Source: a virus
Taxonomy: Duplodnaviria > Caudoviricetes
IMG/VR virus record: IMGVR_UViG_3300042402_004196
Coordinates: 1-56,638 of that record
DNA: 56,638 nt
Reading direction: 5' to 3' (one strand)
This document shows, piece after piece, positions 29,097 to 37,913 of this stretch. The position numbers and the translations under genes are program-made. The notes beneath the pieces were generated by a model. That model saw only the letters and a program-made list of their open reading frames with translations, ran no database searches and had not been told where the DNA came from. Every line of letters begins with the position of its first letter. Within the stretch, counting starts at the first letter, position 1.

Positions 29097-32000
29097 ATGG
29101 CAACTAACAGTAAAGTATTTGTATCACCTGGTGTCTATACTTCTGAAGTGGATTTAAGTTTTGTAGCACAAAGTGTTGGTGTTACAACTCTAGGTATTGC
29201 GGGGGAAACTATAAAAGGCCCAGCATTTGAACCTATCTTCGTAAGAAATTACGACGAGTATCAAACCTACTTTGGCGGAACATCTCCTGAAAAATTTATC
29301 AATACACAAATCCCTAAGTATGAAGCTTCATATATAGCAAAAGCTTATTTACAACAATCAAATCAATTATTTGTAACAAGAATCCTTGGATTATCTGGTT
29401 ATGACGCTGGACCATCTTGGTCAATTGTTACAAAAGCAAATGTGGATCCAACAACTGTTGATTTCGTTTGTTTCAGTGCGGTAACAGATCCAACTAATGT
29501 GTGTGACACAATTTGTGTTATCCCAAGTGCTATCACTTATACCGTAACATTTACTGGATGTACAAGCGGTACTGACACAATTACATTTGAAACAAGTTTT
29601 TCAAGTGAGATTGAAAGTATCCTTGATGAACAGTATGAAAGTTTTGACGGAACAGTTGATACCCTTGATAATGATATTAAGAGTTTAATTAGTGATGTAA
29701 TCACAAGTGTTGATCCTTTTACTACAAAAGATAGTACAATTAGTTATTTTGGGTCAATTTGGGGAGAAGATTATGATACATTATCAACAGTATTTTCTGC
29801 TGAAACAAATGTATTTGATGTGCCTTCTGTTTCAAGTGATTTAACAGACTATACATCACCTTTCAACGATGCTTGGTATTACTCATTATTTGATAATATT
29901 GGTGGTGGTTCATATTCAGGATTCTCATTCTTTACATATGTTGAGGATTTAGAAATGATTGTGCCTGTTACAACAACATCTACAACATTGACACCAACCC
30001 CAACACCATCAGCATCTCCGATAAATCCTTGTATTACACCGACACCATTTGTTTCTCCAACACCAACACCAACTCCGGTTAATGTTGATTGTTTTTCTGG
30101 AACAGTTAGAGTTAAAGTGTATTACTACAGTGGAACACCATTTACTGATTATGATGATTTAGTTGTTGGGACATTAAGATCAAGAGGTATCGCAACTTAT
30201 TCAGATGGAAATAACCCTGTTTATGAAGTATCTAACATTTCAAATGTTAATTTAAATATGACTGGACAATATGTTGGTGTTCTTAAAAACCCATATTTAC
30301 CATTTGCTATTAATGTAACAAATGATTCTGGAACAAACTTTATATTTGAGACTTCATTTGCACAATCTGATTCACAATATGTTGCGAAAGTATTTGGTGG
30401 AACTAACTTTGGTAAACCAAGACAATCTACACCATTATTCTTAGAGGAAAGATTCCAAGCTCTTTTAAATTACGGTTGGAGAAAAGGTTTCATTAGAGGT
30501 TTAAGTTCTGACTTAATTAGTTTAGATTCAGCACAAAGTGAAAGTCCACAATCTATTGGGTGGTATTTAGATAAATACCAATCTCCAAGTTCACCATGGG
30601 TTGTTTCAGAATTAAGAGGAACAAAAACATTTAACCTTTTCAAATTCTATACAATATCTGATGGTAATAATGCAAACTCTGAAGTAAAAATTTCATTTAT
30701 TAATTTGTCTTTTGCTAATAGAACATTTGATATATTAGTTAGAGATTATTTTGATGTTGATTCTAATCCAGTTGTTCTTGAGAAATTTACAAACTGTTCT
30801 ATGGATCCTTCACAAAACAACTTTGTTGCTAAAAAGATCGGAACATTAGATGGTGAATATGAGTTAAACTCAAAATACATAATGGTTGAGATAAATGAGG
30901 ATGCACCAGTTGATTCAATTCCTTGTGGTTTTGAGGGTTATACTTTCAGAGAATACGCTGGAGCTAGATCACCATTCCCAGTTTATAAAACTAAATATGA
31001 TTTCCCAGGTGAAGTGATTTATAACCCACCATTTGGTTTATCATCAGGTGGTGATGATGCGATCAGATCTTCTGGCGACAATATCAGAAGAACTTATCTT
31101 GGATTCTCAAACAATATCGGATTTGATACAAGTTTCTTTGAATATAAAGGAAAAAGAAATCCAATTACAACTTGTGATTTAGAAGGTGGTGAGTGGGCTT
31201 ACAGAACAAGAGGATTCCATATGGACCAATTTGCTAGTGGTATTACAATTTCTAGTGGGTTTGCAACAAGTGGAACACCAAAATATTATGTAGGTGCAGC
31301 TTCTTTCTCTTCTGAACCAACAAATATTAATAGTCCATATTATAGACTATTCTCAAGAAAATTCACAATGCTTGTTAATGGTGGATTTGACGGATGGGAT
31401 ATATATAGAGAATATAGAACAAATGGTGACAGATATGTATTAGGTCGTCAAGGATTCTTAAATGGTGCTTGTGTTTCTGATAGATACCCAGATGCTAAAG
31501 GTTGGGGTGCATTCAAACAAATCACAATTGGTGATGGAAATGTTGATTACGCAAACACTGACTATTACGCATACTTACTTGGTATTAGAACATTTGCAAA
31601 CCCAGAAGCTGTTAACATCAATGTATTTGTATCTCCAGGAATTGATTATGTAAACAATGGTGATTTAGTTGAGGCAACAATTGACATGATTGAAAACGAA
31701 AGAGCTGACTCATTGTATATTACAACAACTCCTGACTACAATATGTTTGTTGCATCAACAACTGAAGGTGATAATTTAATTTATCCTCAAGAAGCGGTTG
31801 ATAGTTTAGAGGAAAGAGGAATCGATTCTAACTACACGGCAACATATTATCCATGGGTATTAACAAGAGATAGTGTAAATAATACACAAATCTATATCCC
31901 TGCAACAGCTGAGGTTACAAGAAACTTGGCACTTACTGATAATATTGCGTTCCCTTGGTTTGCGGCAGCAGGTTATACTCGTGGTATTGTAAACTCAATT

Positions 32001-32447
32001 AAAGCACGTAAGAAGTTAACACAAGAAGACAGAGACGTACTTTATGTTGGTAGACTTAACCCAATTGCTACGTTTGCCGATGTAGGTACTGTAATCTGGG
32101 GTAACAAAACTCTACAAGTAAGAGAATCTGCTCTTGATAGAATCAATGTAAGAAGATTATTACTACAAGCTCGTAAATTAATTTCTGCTGTATCTGTAAG
32201 ATTATTATTTGATCAAAACGATGAACAAGTAAGACAAGATTTCTTAAACGCAGTTAATCCAATTTTAGATGCAATCAGAAGAGATAGAGGTTTATATGAC
32301 TTTAGAGTTACAGTTTCAAGTGACACTGAAGATTTAGATAGAAACCAATTGACAGGTAAGATTTATATCAAACCAACAAGGTCTCTTGAATTTATTGACA
32401 TTACATTCTATATTACTCCAACCGGAGCTTCGTTTGAAGATGTATGA
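29097..32447 (+). CDS. Contractile tail sheath protein
   Basis: VSPGVYTSEVD, KGPAF, YYPW, PWFAAAGYTRG, WGNKTL, RINVRRL, IKPTRSLEFI. Confidence 0.93.
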   Translation: MATNSKVFVSPGVYTSEVDLSFVAQSVGVTTLGIAGETIKGPAFEPIFVRNYDEYQTYFGGTSPEKFINTQIPKYEASYIAKAYLQQSNQLFVTRILGLSGYDAGPSWSIVTKANVDPTTVDFVCFSAVTDPTNVCDTICVIPSAITYTVTFTGCTSGTDTITFETSFSSEIESILDEQYESFDGTVDTLDNDIKSLISDVITSVDPFTTKDSTISYFGSIWGEDYDTLSTVFSAETNVFDVPSVSSDLTDYTSPFNDAWYYSLFDNIGGGSYSGFSFFTYVEDLEMIVPVTTTSTTLTPTPTPSASPINPCITPTPFVSPTPTPTPVNVDCFSGTVRVKVYYYSGTPFTDYDDLVVGTLRSRGIATYSDGNNPVYEVSNISNVNLNMTGQYVGVLKNPYLPFAINVTNDSGTNFIFETSFAQSDSQYVAKVFGGTNFGKPRQSTPLFLEERFQALLNYGWRKGFIRGLSSDLISLDSAQSESPQSIGWYLDKYQSPSSPWVVSELRGTKTFNLFKFYTISDGNNANSEVKISFINLSFANRTFDILVRDYFDVDSNPVVLEKFTNCSMDPSQNNFVAKKIGTLDGEYELNSKYIMVEINEDAPVDSIPCGFEGYTFREYAGARSPFPVYKTKYDFPGEVIYNPPFGLSSGGDDAIRSSGDNIRRTYLGFSNNIGFDTSFFEYKGKRNPITTCDLEGGEWAYRTRGFHMDQFASGITISSGFATSGTPKYYVGAASFSSEPTNINSPYYRLFSRKFTMLVNGGFDGWDIYREYRTNGDRYVLGRQGFLNGACVSDRYPDAKGWGAFKQITIGDGNVDYANTDYYAYLLGIRTFANPEAVNINVFVSPGIDYVNNGDLVEATIDMIENERADSLYITTTPDYNMFVASTTEGDNLIYPQEAVDSLEERGIDSNYTATYYPWVLTRDSVNNTQIYIPATAEVTRNLALTDNIAFPWFAAAGYTRGIVNSIKARKKLTQEDRDVLYVGRLNPIATFADVGTVIWGNKTLQVRESALDRINVRRLLLQARKLISAVSVRLLFDQNDEQVRQDFLNAVNPILDAIRRDRGLYDFRVTVSSDTEDLDRNQLTGKIYIKPTRSLEFIDITFYITPTGASFEDV

Positions 32448-32465
32448 TAAATTTAAAAAAATAAG

Positions 32466-32494
32466 AAAATGGGGGTCACTGATCCCCATTTTTT
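32466..32494 (+). terminator. Intrinsic terminator (bidirectional-looking)
   Basis: AAAATGGGG...CCCCATTTT plus T run after the sheath gene. Confidence 0.75.
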
Positions 32495-32516
32495 ATTTAA
32501 CGTAATATTTATTAAT

Positions 32517-33350
32517 ATGAATTACAAAAAAATAGTTAGAAGATTAATTAATGAAATTATAGATGATCAGAATTCACCTGTAATGAAATACTATGCTTTT
32601 GATTGGGATGATAATCTTATGTTTATGCCAACAAAAATTTATCTAAAAGATAAGAACGGAAAAAGTGTTGGTATGTCAACTGAAGATTTTGCGGAACATA
32701 GAACCGATATTGGAAAGAAAGACTTTAAATATGAGGGACATACAATCGTAGATTTTGATAAAGAACCTTTTAGAGATTTTAGTGTTACTGGAGACAAAAA
32801 ATTTTTAGAGGACTCAATGAAAGCGCCAATAGGTCCGGCGTGGGATGACTTTATAGAAGCAATTAATAAAGGGTCAATTTTTGCAATCGTAACCGCAAGA
32901 GGGCACACACCCTCAATATTAAAAGAATCTGTTTATAAACTTATTAAATCTAATAAACATGGACTTGATTCGTCAGAATTAGTAAAAAACTTAAAAAAAT
33001 ATAGAGAGATTGCAGATGAAGACGATATGTCTAACGATGAACTTATTAAAGCTTATTTAGATATGTGTAGATTTCATCCGGTGTCATATGGTGCTGGTTC
33101 CGCTACAAATCCTGAACAAGGAAAAATTGATGCGATGGAAGAGTTTATAAGATACGTTAAAAGAACATCACACAAGCTACAGAAAAAAGCATTTATGAAA
33201 AATAAAATAGGAAATTATTTTACACCTTTTATTGGATTTTCAGATGATGATGTAAGAAATATAGAAAGTATGAAAAAACATTTTGATAAAAAAGATGATA
33301 ATATATTAAAAACTTATTTAACAGCAGGAGGTAAAAAAAGATTATATTAA
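32517..33350 (+). CDS. HAD-superfamily hydrolase-like protein
   Basis: AFDWDDN, IVTARGH, K, GFSDDD. Start 32517 chosen because the track's start lies in the terminator. Confidence 0.65.
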   Translation: MNYKKIVRRLINEIIDDQNSPVMKYYAFDWDDNLMFMPTKIYLKDKNGKSVGMSTEDFAEHRTDIGKKDFKYEGHTIVDFDKEPFRDFSVTGDKKFLEDSMKAPIGPAWDDFIEAINKGSIFAIVTARGHTPSILKESVYKLIKSNKHGLDSSELVKNLKKYREIADEDDMSNDELIKAYLDMCRFHPVSYGAGSATNPEQGKIDAMEEFIRYVKRTSHKLQKKAFMKNKIGNYFTPFIGFSDDDVRNIESMKKHFDKKDDNILKTYLTAGGKKRLY

Positions 33351-33478
33351 TTTAATATATTAAGTTATTATATAATAGAAGAATATTTGATAAAAAACGA
33401 AAGTAAAGAGAAAATTTTTTATCCAACCTATATTTATAATAAAACAAAATAAAATAAAAATTTAAAAAAAATAAAATT

Positions 33479-33967
33479 ATGGCTGATTTGTTAATGAAAA
33501 TGCCTATTCCTTACGAGCCAAAACGTAACAATAGATGGATTTTAAGATTTCCTTCATCATTGGGAATCAATGAGTGGTACGTTGAAAGTACGTCAAGACC
33601 TAAATTATCAATAAATTCAGTTAAGATTCCTTTCTTAAATACCGAAACTTATGTTGCTGGTAACTTTACTTGGGGTGAACTTGCCGTGACTTTTAGAGAT
33701 CCAATCGGTCCTTCAGCAACTCAAGCTGTTATGGAGTGGATTAGAACTTGTGCTGAGTCCGTTACAGGACGTATGGGTTATGCTGCTGGTTACAAGAAAA
33801 ATGTTGATCTTGAAATGTTAGACCCAACCGGAGTTGTTGTTGAGAAATGGATTTTAGAGGGAGCTTGGTTAAAAGGTTACGATGGTGGGTCACTAAAATA
33901 TGGTGGTGATGAGATTGCAACAATTACTTCAACAATTGTAATGGATAGATGTATATTAGTGTATTAG
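33479..33967 (+). CDS. Tail tube protein (gp19-like)
   Basis: EPKRNNRW, WGELAVTFRDPI, GYKK, LDPTG..EKW.L.GAW; follows the sheath. Confidence 0.85.
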   Translation: MADLLMKMPIPYEPKRNNRWILRFPSSLGINEWYVESTSRPKLSINSVKIPFLNTETYVAGNFTWGELAVTFRDPIGPSATQAVMEWIRTCAESVTGRMGYAAGYKKNVDLEMLDPTGVVVEKWILEGAWLKGYDGGSLKYGGDEIATITSTIVMDRCILVY

Positions 33968-34028
33968 TTTTTTACTAAAAGATACCTATCCAAAACAAAC
34001 TTTGTTATATTCCCATATATTTATATGT

Positions 34029-34946
34029 ATGGGAATTTTTATTTGTAATATATGTGATAATGAATTTAATACGATAAATAGTATTAGAGCACACTCAATT
34101 CAAAAACATAATATATCGGCTGAAGATGTTTATATTAAACATGTATTAAATAATATAATACCTAAATGTGAATGTGGTTGTGGTAAAAAACCACCATTTA
34201 TAACAGTAACAAAAGGATTTTCAAGATTTATACAATCACACCATAATAGAGTTAAAGGTAATAATAATTTTCATAAAAACCCAGACACTCATAAGAAAGC
34301 GATTGAGACACAAAAGAAAAATTGGAAAGAAGGAAAATATAAAGGGTGGTGGGAAAACAAAACACCAGAAACTATTGTAAAAATTGAAAATATTAAAATT
34401 AAAATTAAAAACAATAAAGAAAGATCTAAAAAAATTTCTGAAAAATTAAAAGGTGTTCCAAAAACAGAAGAAAGTAAAAGAAAACTATCTGAAACTCAGA
34501 AAAAAAGATATATTGATAATCCAAAATTAAGGGTTAACCAATCTAAAATAAAATTAGAATGGATGAGGAAAAATTCAAAAGTCAAAACATCAAAACTTGA
34601 AATAATATTTACAAATATTTTAGAAAACATTGGTTTAAAAAAAGATATTGATTTTATACATAATCATTTAATAACAGAAATTAAAACATTTTTTGATTTT
34701 TATATTCCACAAAAACAAATAATAATTGAAGTTGATGGTGATTTTTATCATTGTAATCCAGAAACAAAATACAAGATACCAAAATATGAAATACAAAAAA
34801 AGAATAAAATAAATGATAAACGTAAAAATACTTGGTGTCAAAACCACAACATAACTATTTTAAGATATTGGGAAAAAGATATTAATGAAAGACCAGAGTG
34901 GGTTATTTCAGATTTGAAATCAAAATTAAGTTTACAAAAAAAATAA
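34029..34946 (+). CDS. Free-standing homing endonuclease-like protein (C2H2 finger, CxCGC, NUMOD3-like, DUF559/Vsr-like nuclease)
   Basis: CxxC..H...H, CECGCG, KTEESKRKLSE, DFY..IEVDGDFYH..LRYWE; very AT/Lys-rich. Confidence 0.75.
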   Translation: MGIFICNICDNEFNTINSIRAHSIQKHNISAEDVYIKHVLNNIIPKCECGCGKKPPFITVTKGFSRFIQSHHNRVKGNNNFHKNPDTHKKAIETQKKNWKEGKYKGWWENKTPETIVKIENIKIKIKNNKERSKKISEKLKGVPKTEESKRKLSETQKKRYIDNPKLRVNQSKIKLEWMRKNSKVKTSKLEIIFTNILENIGLKKDIDFIHNHLITEIKTFFDFYIPQKQIIIEVDGDFYHCNPETKYKIPKYEIQKKNKINDKRKNTWCQNHNITILRYWEKDINERPEWVISDLKSKLSLQKK

Positions 34947-34976
34947 ATAAAATATCATTATAATAAAAATAAAATT

Positions 34977-35741
34977 ATGGATCAAGATTTAATAAATTAC
35001 GGACAACAAAATTTCACATTACCACACGATATAGTTCCTTTACCGTCTGGTGGTATTTTCTATAAGTCAAAAAAGAAATCAATTAAAGTTGGTTACTTAA
35101 CAGCAAGTGATGAAAATATATTAGCCAACATGGATGGAAGAAAGTCAATTAATGAAGCGATTGTTATTCCACTTCTAAGAAGTAAAATTTATGAACCGGA
35201 TATTAGACCTGAAGAACTTTTGGAAGGTGATGTTGAGGCAATTCTATTATTTTTAAGAAACACATCTTTTGGTCCCGAATATAATGTGGTGACAACAGAT
35301 CCAAAAACAAAACAATCATTTGAAACCTCAATAATGTTGGACGAGTTAAATATTAATAAATCAAAAGTTGAACCAAATGAAGATGGATTCTATTCTGTAA
35401 AACTTCCAATGTCAGGTTCAAATGTTAAGTTAAGAATTTTAAGTTTAATGGATACGATTGCAATAGACAATATTGTTGACAAATACCCAAAAGGTTATGC
35501 AGCACCAATTGTAACAACAAGATTAAGTAAAATGATTGTTGAGGTTGATGGTAATACCGATCAAGGAGAAATTGCATTGTTTTGTCAGAACATGCCAATA
35601 GGGGATTCAAAATTCATAAGAAAATTTATGAAAGAAAACGAACCAAGACTTGACTTAAATCGTTCAGTTATAGCCCCGTCTGGAGAAAAGGTAGATGTTA
35701 CAATCGCCTTTGGGGTGGAATTTTTTCGGCCTTTCTTCTAA
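34977..35741 (+). CDS. Tail assembly chaperone / baseplate hub assembly protein (gp26-like)
   Basis: VPLPSGG..Y, LTASDENIL, GD..AIL..LR..SFG, ends FFRP; sits before the tape measure. Confidence 0.65.
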   Translation: MDQDLINYGQQNFTLPHDIVPLPSGGIFYKSKKKSIKVGYLTASDENILANMDGRKSINEAIVIPLLRSKIYEPDIRPEELLEGDVEAILLFLRNTSFGPEYNVVTTDPKTKQSFETSIMLDELNINKSKVEPNEDGFYSVKLPMSGSNVKLRILSLMDTIAIDNIVDKYPKGYAAPIVTTRLSKMIVEVDGNTDQGEIALFCQNMPIGDSKFIRKFMKENEPRLDLNRSVIAPSGEKVDVTIAFGVEFFRPFF

Positions 35742-35892
35742 TTATATTCCTTTTTTAAACGAAGAATTTTTTTATTTAGCTAAATACCTCCGTATGCAGT
35801 ACAGTGAGTTTTTACGTATTCCAACATATGTAAGAAAATATTTAATTAATAAACTCATAGAGGATTTAACCCAAAATAAAATCCAACCCTAA
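35725..35892 (+). CDS. Frameshift extension of the tail chaperone (gpGT-like)
   Basis: +1-frame ORF overlapping the chaperone end, no convincing start; EEFFYL...YSEFLRIPTYVRKYLI. Confidence 0.6.
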   Translation, partial: FGLSSNYIPFLNEEFFYLAKYLRMQYSEFLRIPTYVRKYLINKLIEDLTQNKIQP

Positions 35893-35913
35893 ATATTTAT
35901 CTTAAAAACAAAA

Positions 35914-37884
35914 ATGGGTATTACTGATGCAATAATATTAGGTTTAGCAAAAAAAATTATTGGAAAAACTGTAACTTCAATAAAAGACTTATCGCCAGAA
36001 CAAAGAAAAGCAATTGAAGAAGCTTACAATAAAGGTGTTATTGATGGAAGTAAAAATAATGGTAATGATGAAGATTACAAAAAACCAGTTAATACCACAA
36101 CAACCGGTGCTGGTTTTACTGGTGCAGGACCATTTGTTGATTTAATAGAAGCAAAAAAAAAGTTAGAATCAGCTTTTAATCCAGAAACAATTAGTGGTGC
36201 TGTAGATGAATTAATTAAAGGAGCCCAAGGACTTGGAAATAGTATGGGTATCGGACGAGCAAGAGCTGAAGAGTTCAGATCTATGATTGCCGATACAGTT
36301 CCTGAAATGCAAAAATTAGGGTTTGACCAAAATAAAACACTAGAAATAATGCAGGACATTCCAAAAACATTGGGTGTCAATACTACATTAACAAAAGAAA
36401 CAATAGTTGAAATTGGGTCAGCATCAAAATTTTCTGGACAAGAAGCCGGAGTTTTAGCTAATAACTTTAAAGGTGTCGGGATTAATTTGGCCGACGTTGG
36501 AGATGAAATGGCAAAAGCCGCAAATTACGCAAAAAGTGTTGGTGTTAATGTAAAAGCTGTCACTAATGAATTAGTAACAAATCTTAAAAATTTAAATCTT
36601 TTTAATTTTGAAGGAGGTGTTCAAGGATTAACAAAAATGGTTGCACAATCTAAAATGTTAGGGATTAACATGGATGCCGTATTTAGAAAAGCTGATGACC
36701 TTTTGAATCCTGAAAGTGCGATAGAATTTTCATCGGCATTACAAAGATTAGGTGTTCAATCAAGTGCATTACTTGATCCACTATCAGCTATGGACATGGC
36801 ACTTAATGACCCGGCGGCATTACAAAATGAAATGGTTAAAGTTTCTCAACAATTTACAAGATTAAAAGCTGATGGTTCAGGTTTTGAAATTTTACCTGGA
36901 GCAAAATTACAATTAAGAGAAGTTGCGAAATCAATGGGAATGACAGCAGATGAATTAGCAAATATGTCAATAAAGAGTGCTGATTTAGATATGAAGATGA
37001 GTCAGATCAGATTTCCAGGTTTTGCAGCATCTGAAGAAGATAAAATGTTAATTGCTAATATGGCTCAAATGAAAGACGGCAGAGCTATGGTAACAATTGC
37101 AAATGAAGGTGGTGGAACAGACGAGGTTGCTGTTGAAGATTTAACCGCCGAACAATTAGAAAAATTAAAAGAAGAACAAGCAGATCAAAATAAGACAGCC
37201 GAAGAAATTGCCAGAGAACAATTAACAGTATTAGAAGAAATTGCCGCACAAATTGGAGGAACCGCAACAGCTGCAACTATGGGTGCCGCTTCAGCCGGTG
37301 CTGTACAAAGAATGACAAACACTGTAAATGAAATGAGACGATCTGTTAGTAGTGTAGTTTCAGAAAAAATTACAACCGAAAAAGTAAGAAAAGCCGTAGG
37401 TGGTCCTTTAGGTGACGTTGAAAAAGGAGCTGTAAATGCTCTAGCCCAAGGCGATGTAATGGCACTTATAAGAAGTTTAGGTGATGCCGGAGATAAAATA
37501 ATAGGTACTGCTAATGATTTAGGTTCAGGACTTGTTGATGGTACAAAACAAATTGTACAAAAAATGAGTGCCGCTGTCCTTGAACAATATAAAGATGTTG
37601 GTGGTGTAAAACCAGGACAAAGTGATATTGAAAAAACTTTATTGGGATATTTAGATGAGTTACAAAACAAAACAACAACAAAAGAAACTGAAACGAGTAA
37701 AACAAATAGTTTTAATGTTAATCAAAATATTGATGTTAAAGGTACTTCAGATCAGATAACAAGAGAAAATGTATTCAAATGGAATGATGAATGGTGGTCT
37801 GAAGTTACAAAAGATCCATCAAAAATGAATAAAGCTATTGAAGGTATTGATAAATCAATGTCAGGAAGTGGCATGGCAAAATAA
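35914..37884 (+). CDS. Tape measure-like protein
   Basis: Ala/Gly/Met-rich helical sequence, position after the chaperone. Confidence 0.65.
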   Translation: MGITDAIILGLAKKIIGKTVTSIKDLSPEQRKAIEEAYNKGVIDGSKNNGNDEDYKKPVNTTTTGAGFTGAGPFVDLIEAKKKLESAFNPETISGAVDELIKGAQGLGNSMGIGRARAEEFRSMIADTVPEMQKLGFDQNKTLEIMQDIPKTLGVNTTLTKETIVEIGSASKFSGQEAGVLANNFKGVGINLADVGDEMAKAANYAKSVGVNVKAVTNELVTNLKNLNLFNFEGGVQGLTKMVAQSKMLGINMDAVFRKADDLLNPESAIEFSSALQRLGVQSSALLDPLSAMDMALNDPAALQNEMVKVSQQFTRLKADGSGFEILPGAKLQLREVAKSMGMTADELANMSIKSADLDMKMSQIRFPGFAASEEDKMLIANMAQMKDGRAMVTIANEGGGTDEVAVEDLTAEQLEKLKEEQADQNKTAEEIAREQLTVLEEIAAQIGGTATAATMGAASAGAVQRMTNTVNEMRRSVSSVVSEKITTEKVRKAVGGPLGDVEKGAVNALAQGDVMALIRSLGDAGDKIIGTANDLGSGLVDGTKQIVQKMSAAVLEQYKDVGGVKPGQSDIEKTLLGYLDELQNKTTTKETETSKTNSFNVNQNIDVKGTSDQITRENVFKWNDEWWSEVTKDPSKMNKAIEGIDKSMSGSGMAK

Positions 37885-37913
37885 ACTTAAAAGTATTTAT
37901 CAAATAAAAAAAA

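Noticed and set aside
32469-32516. Track start sites at 32469, 34002, 4814 and 873
   Set aside because: They fall in a terminator, upstream of the promoter motif, inside the previous gene, or are internal; alternative starts were used
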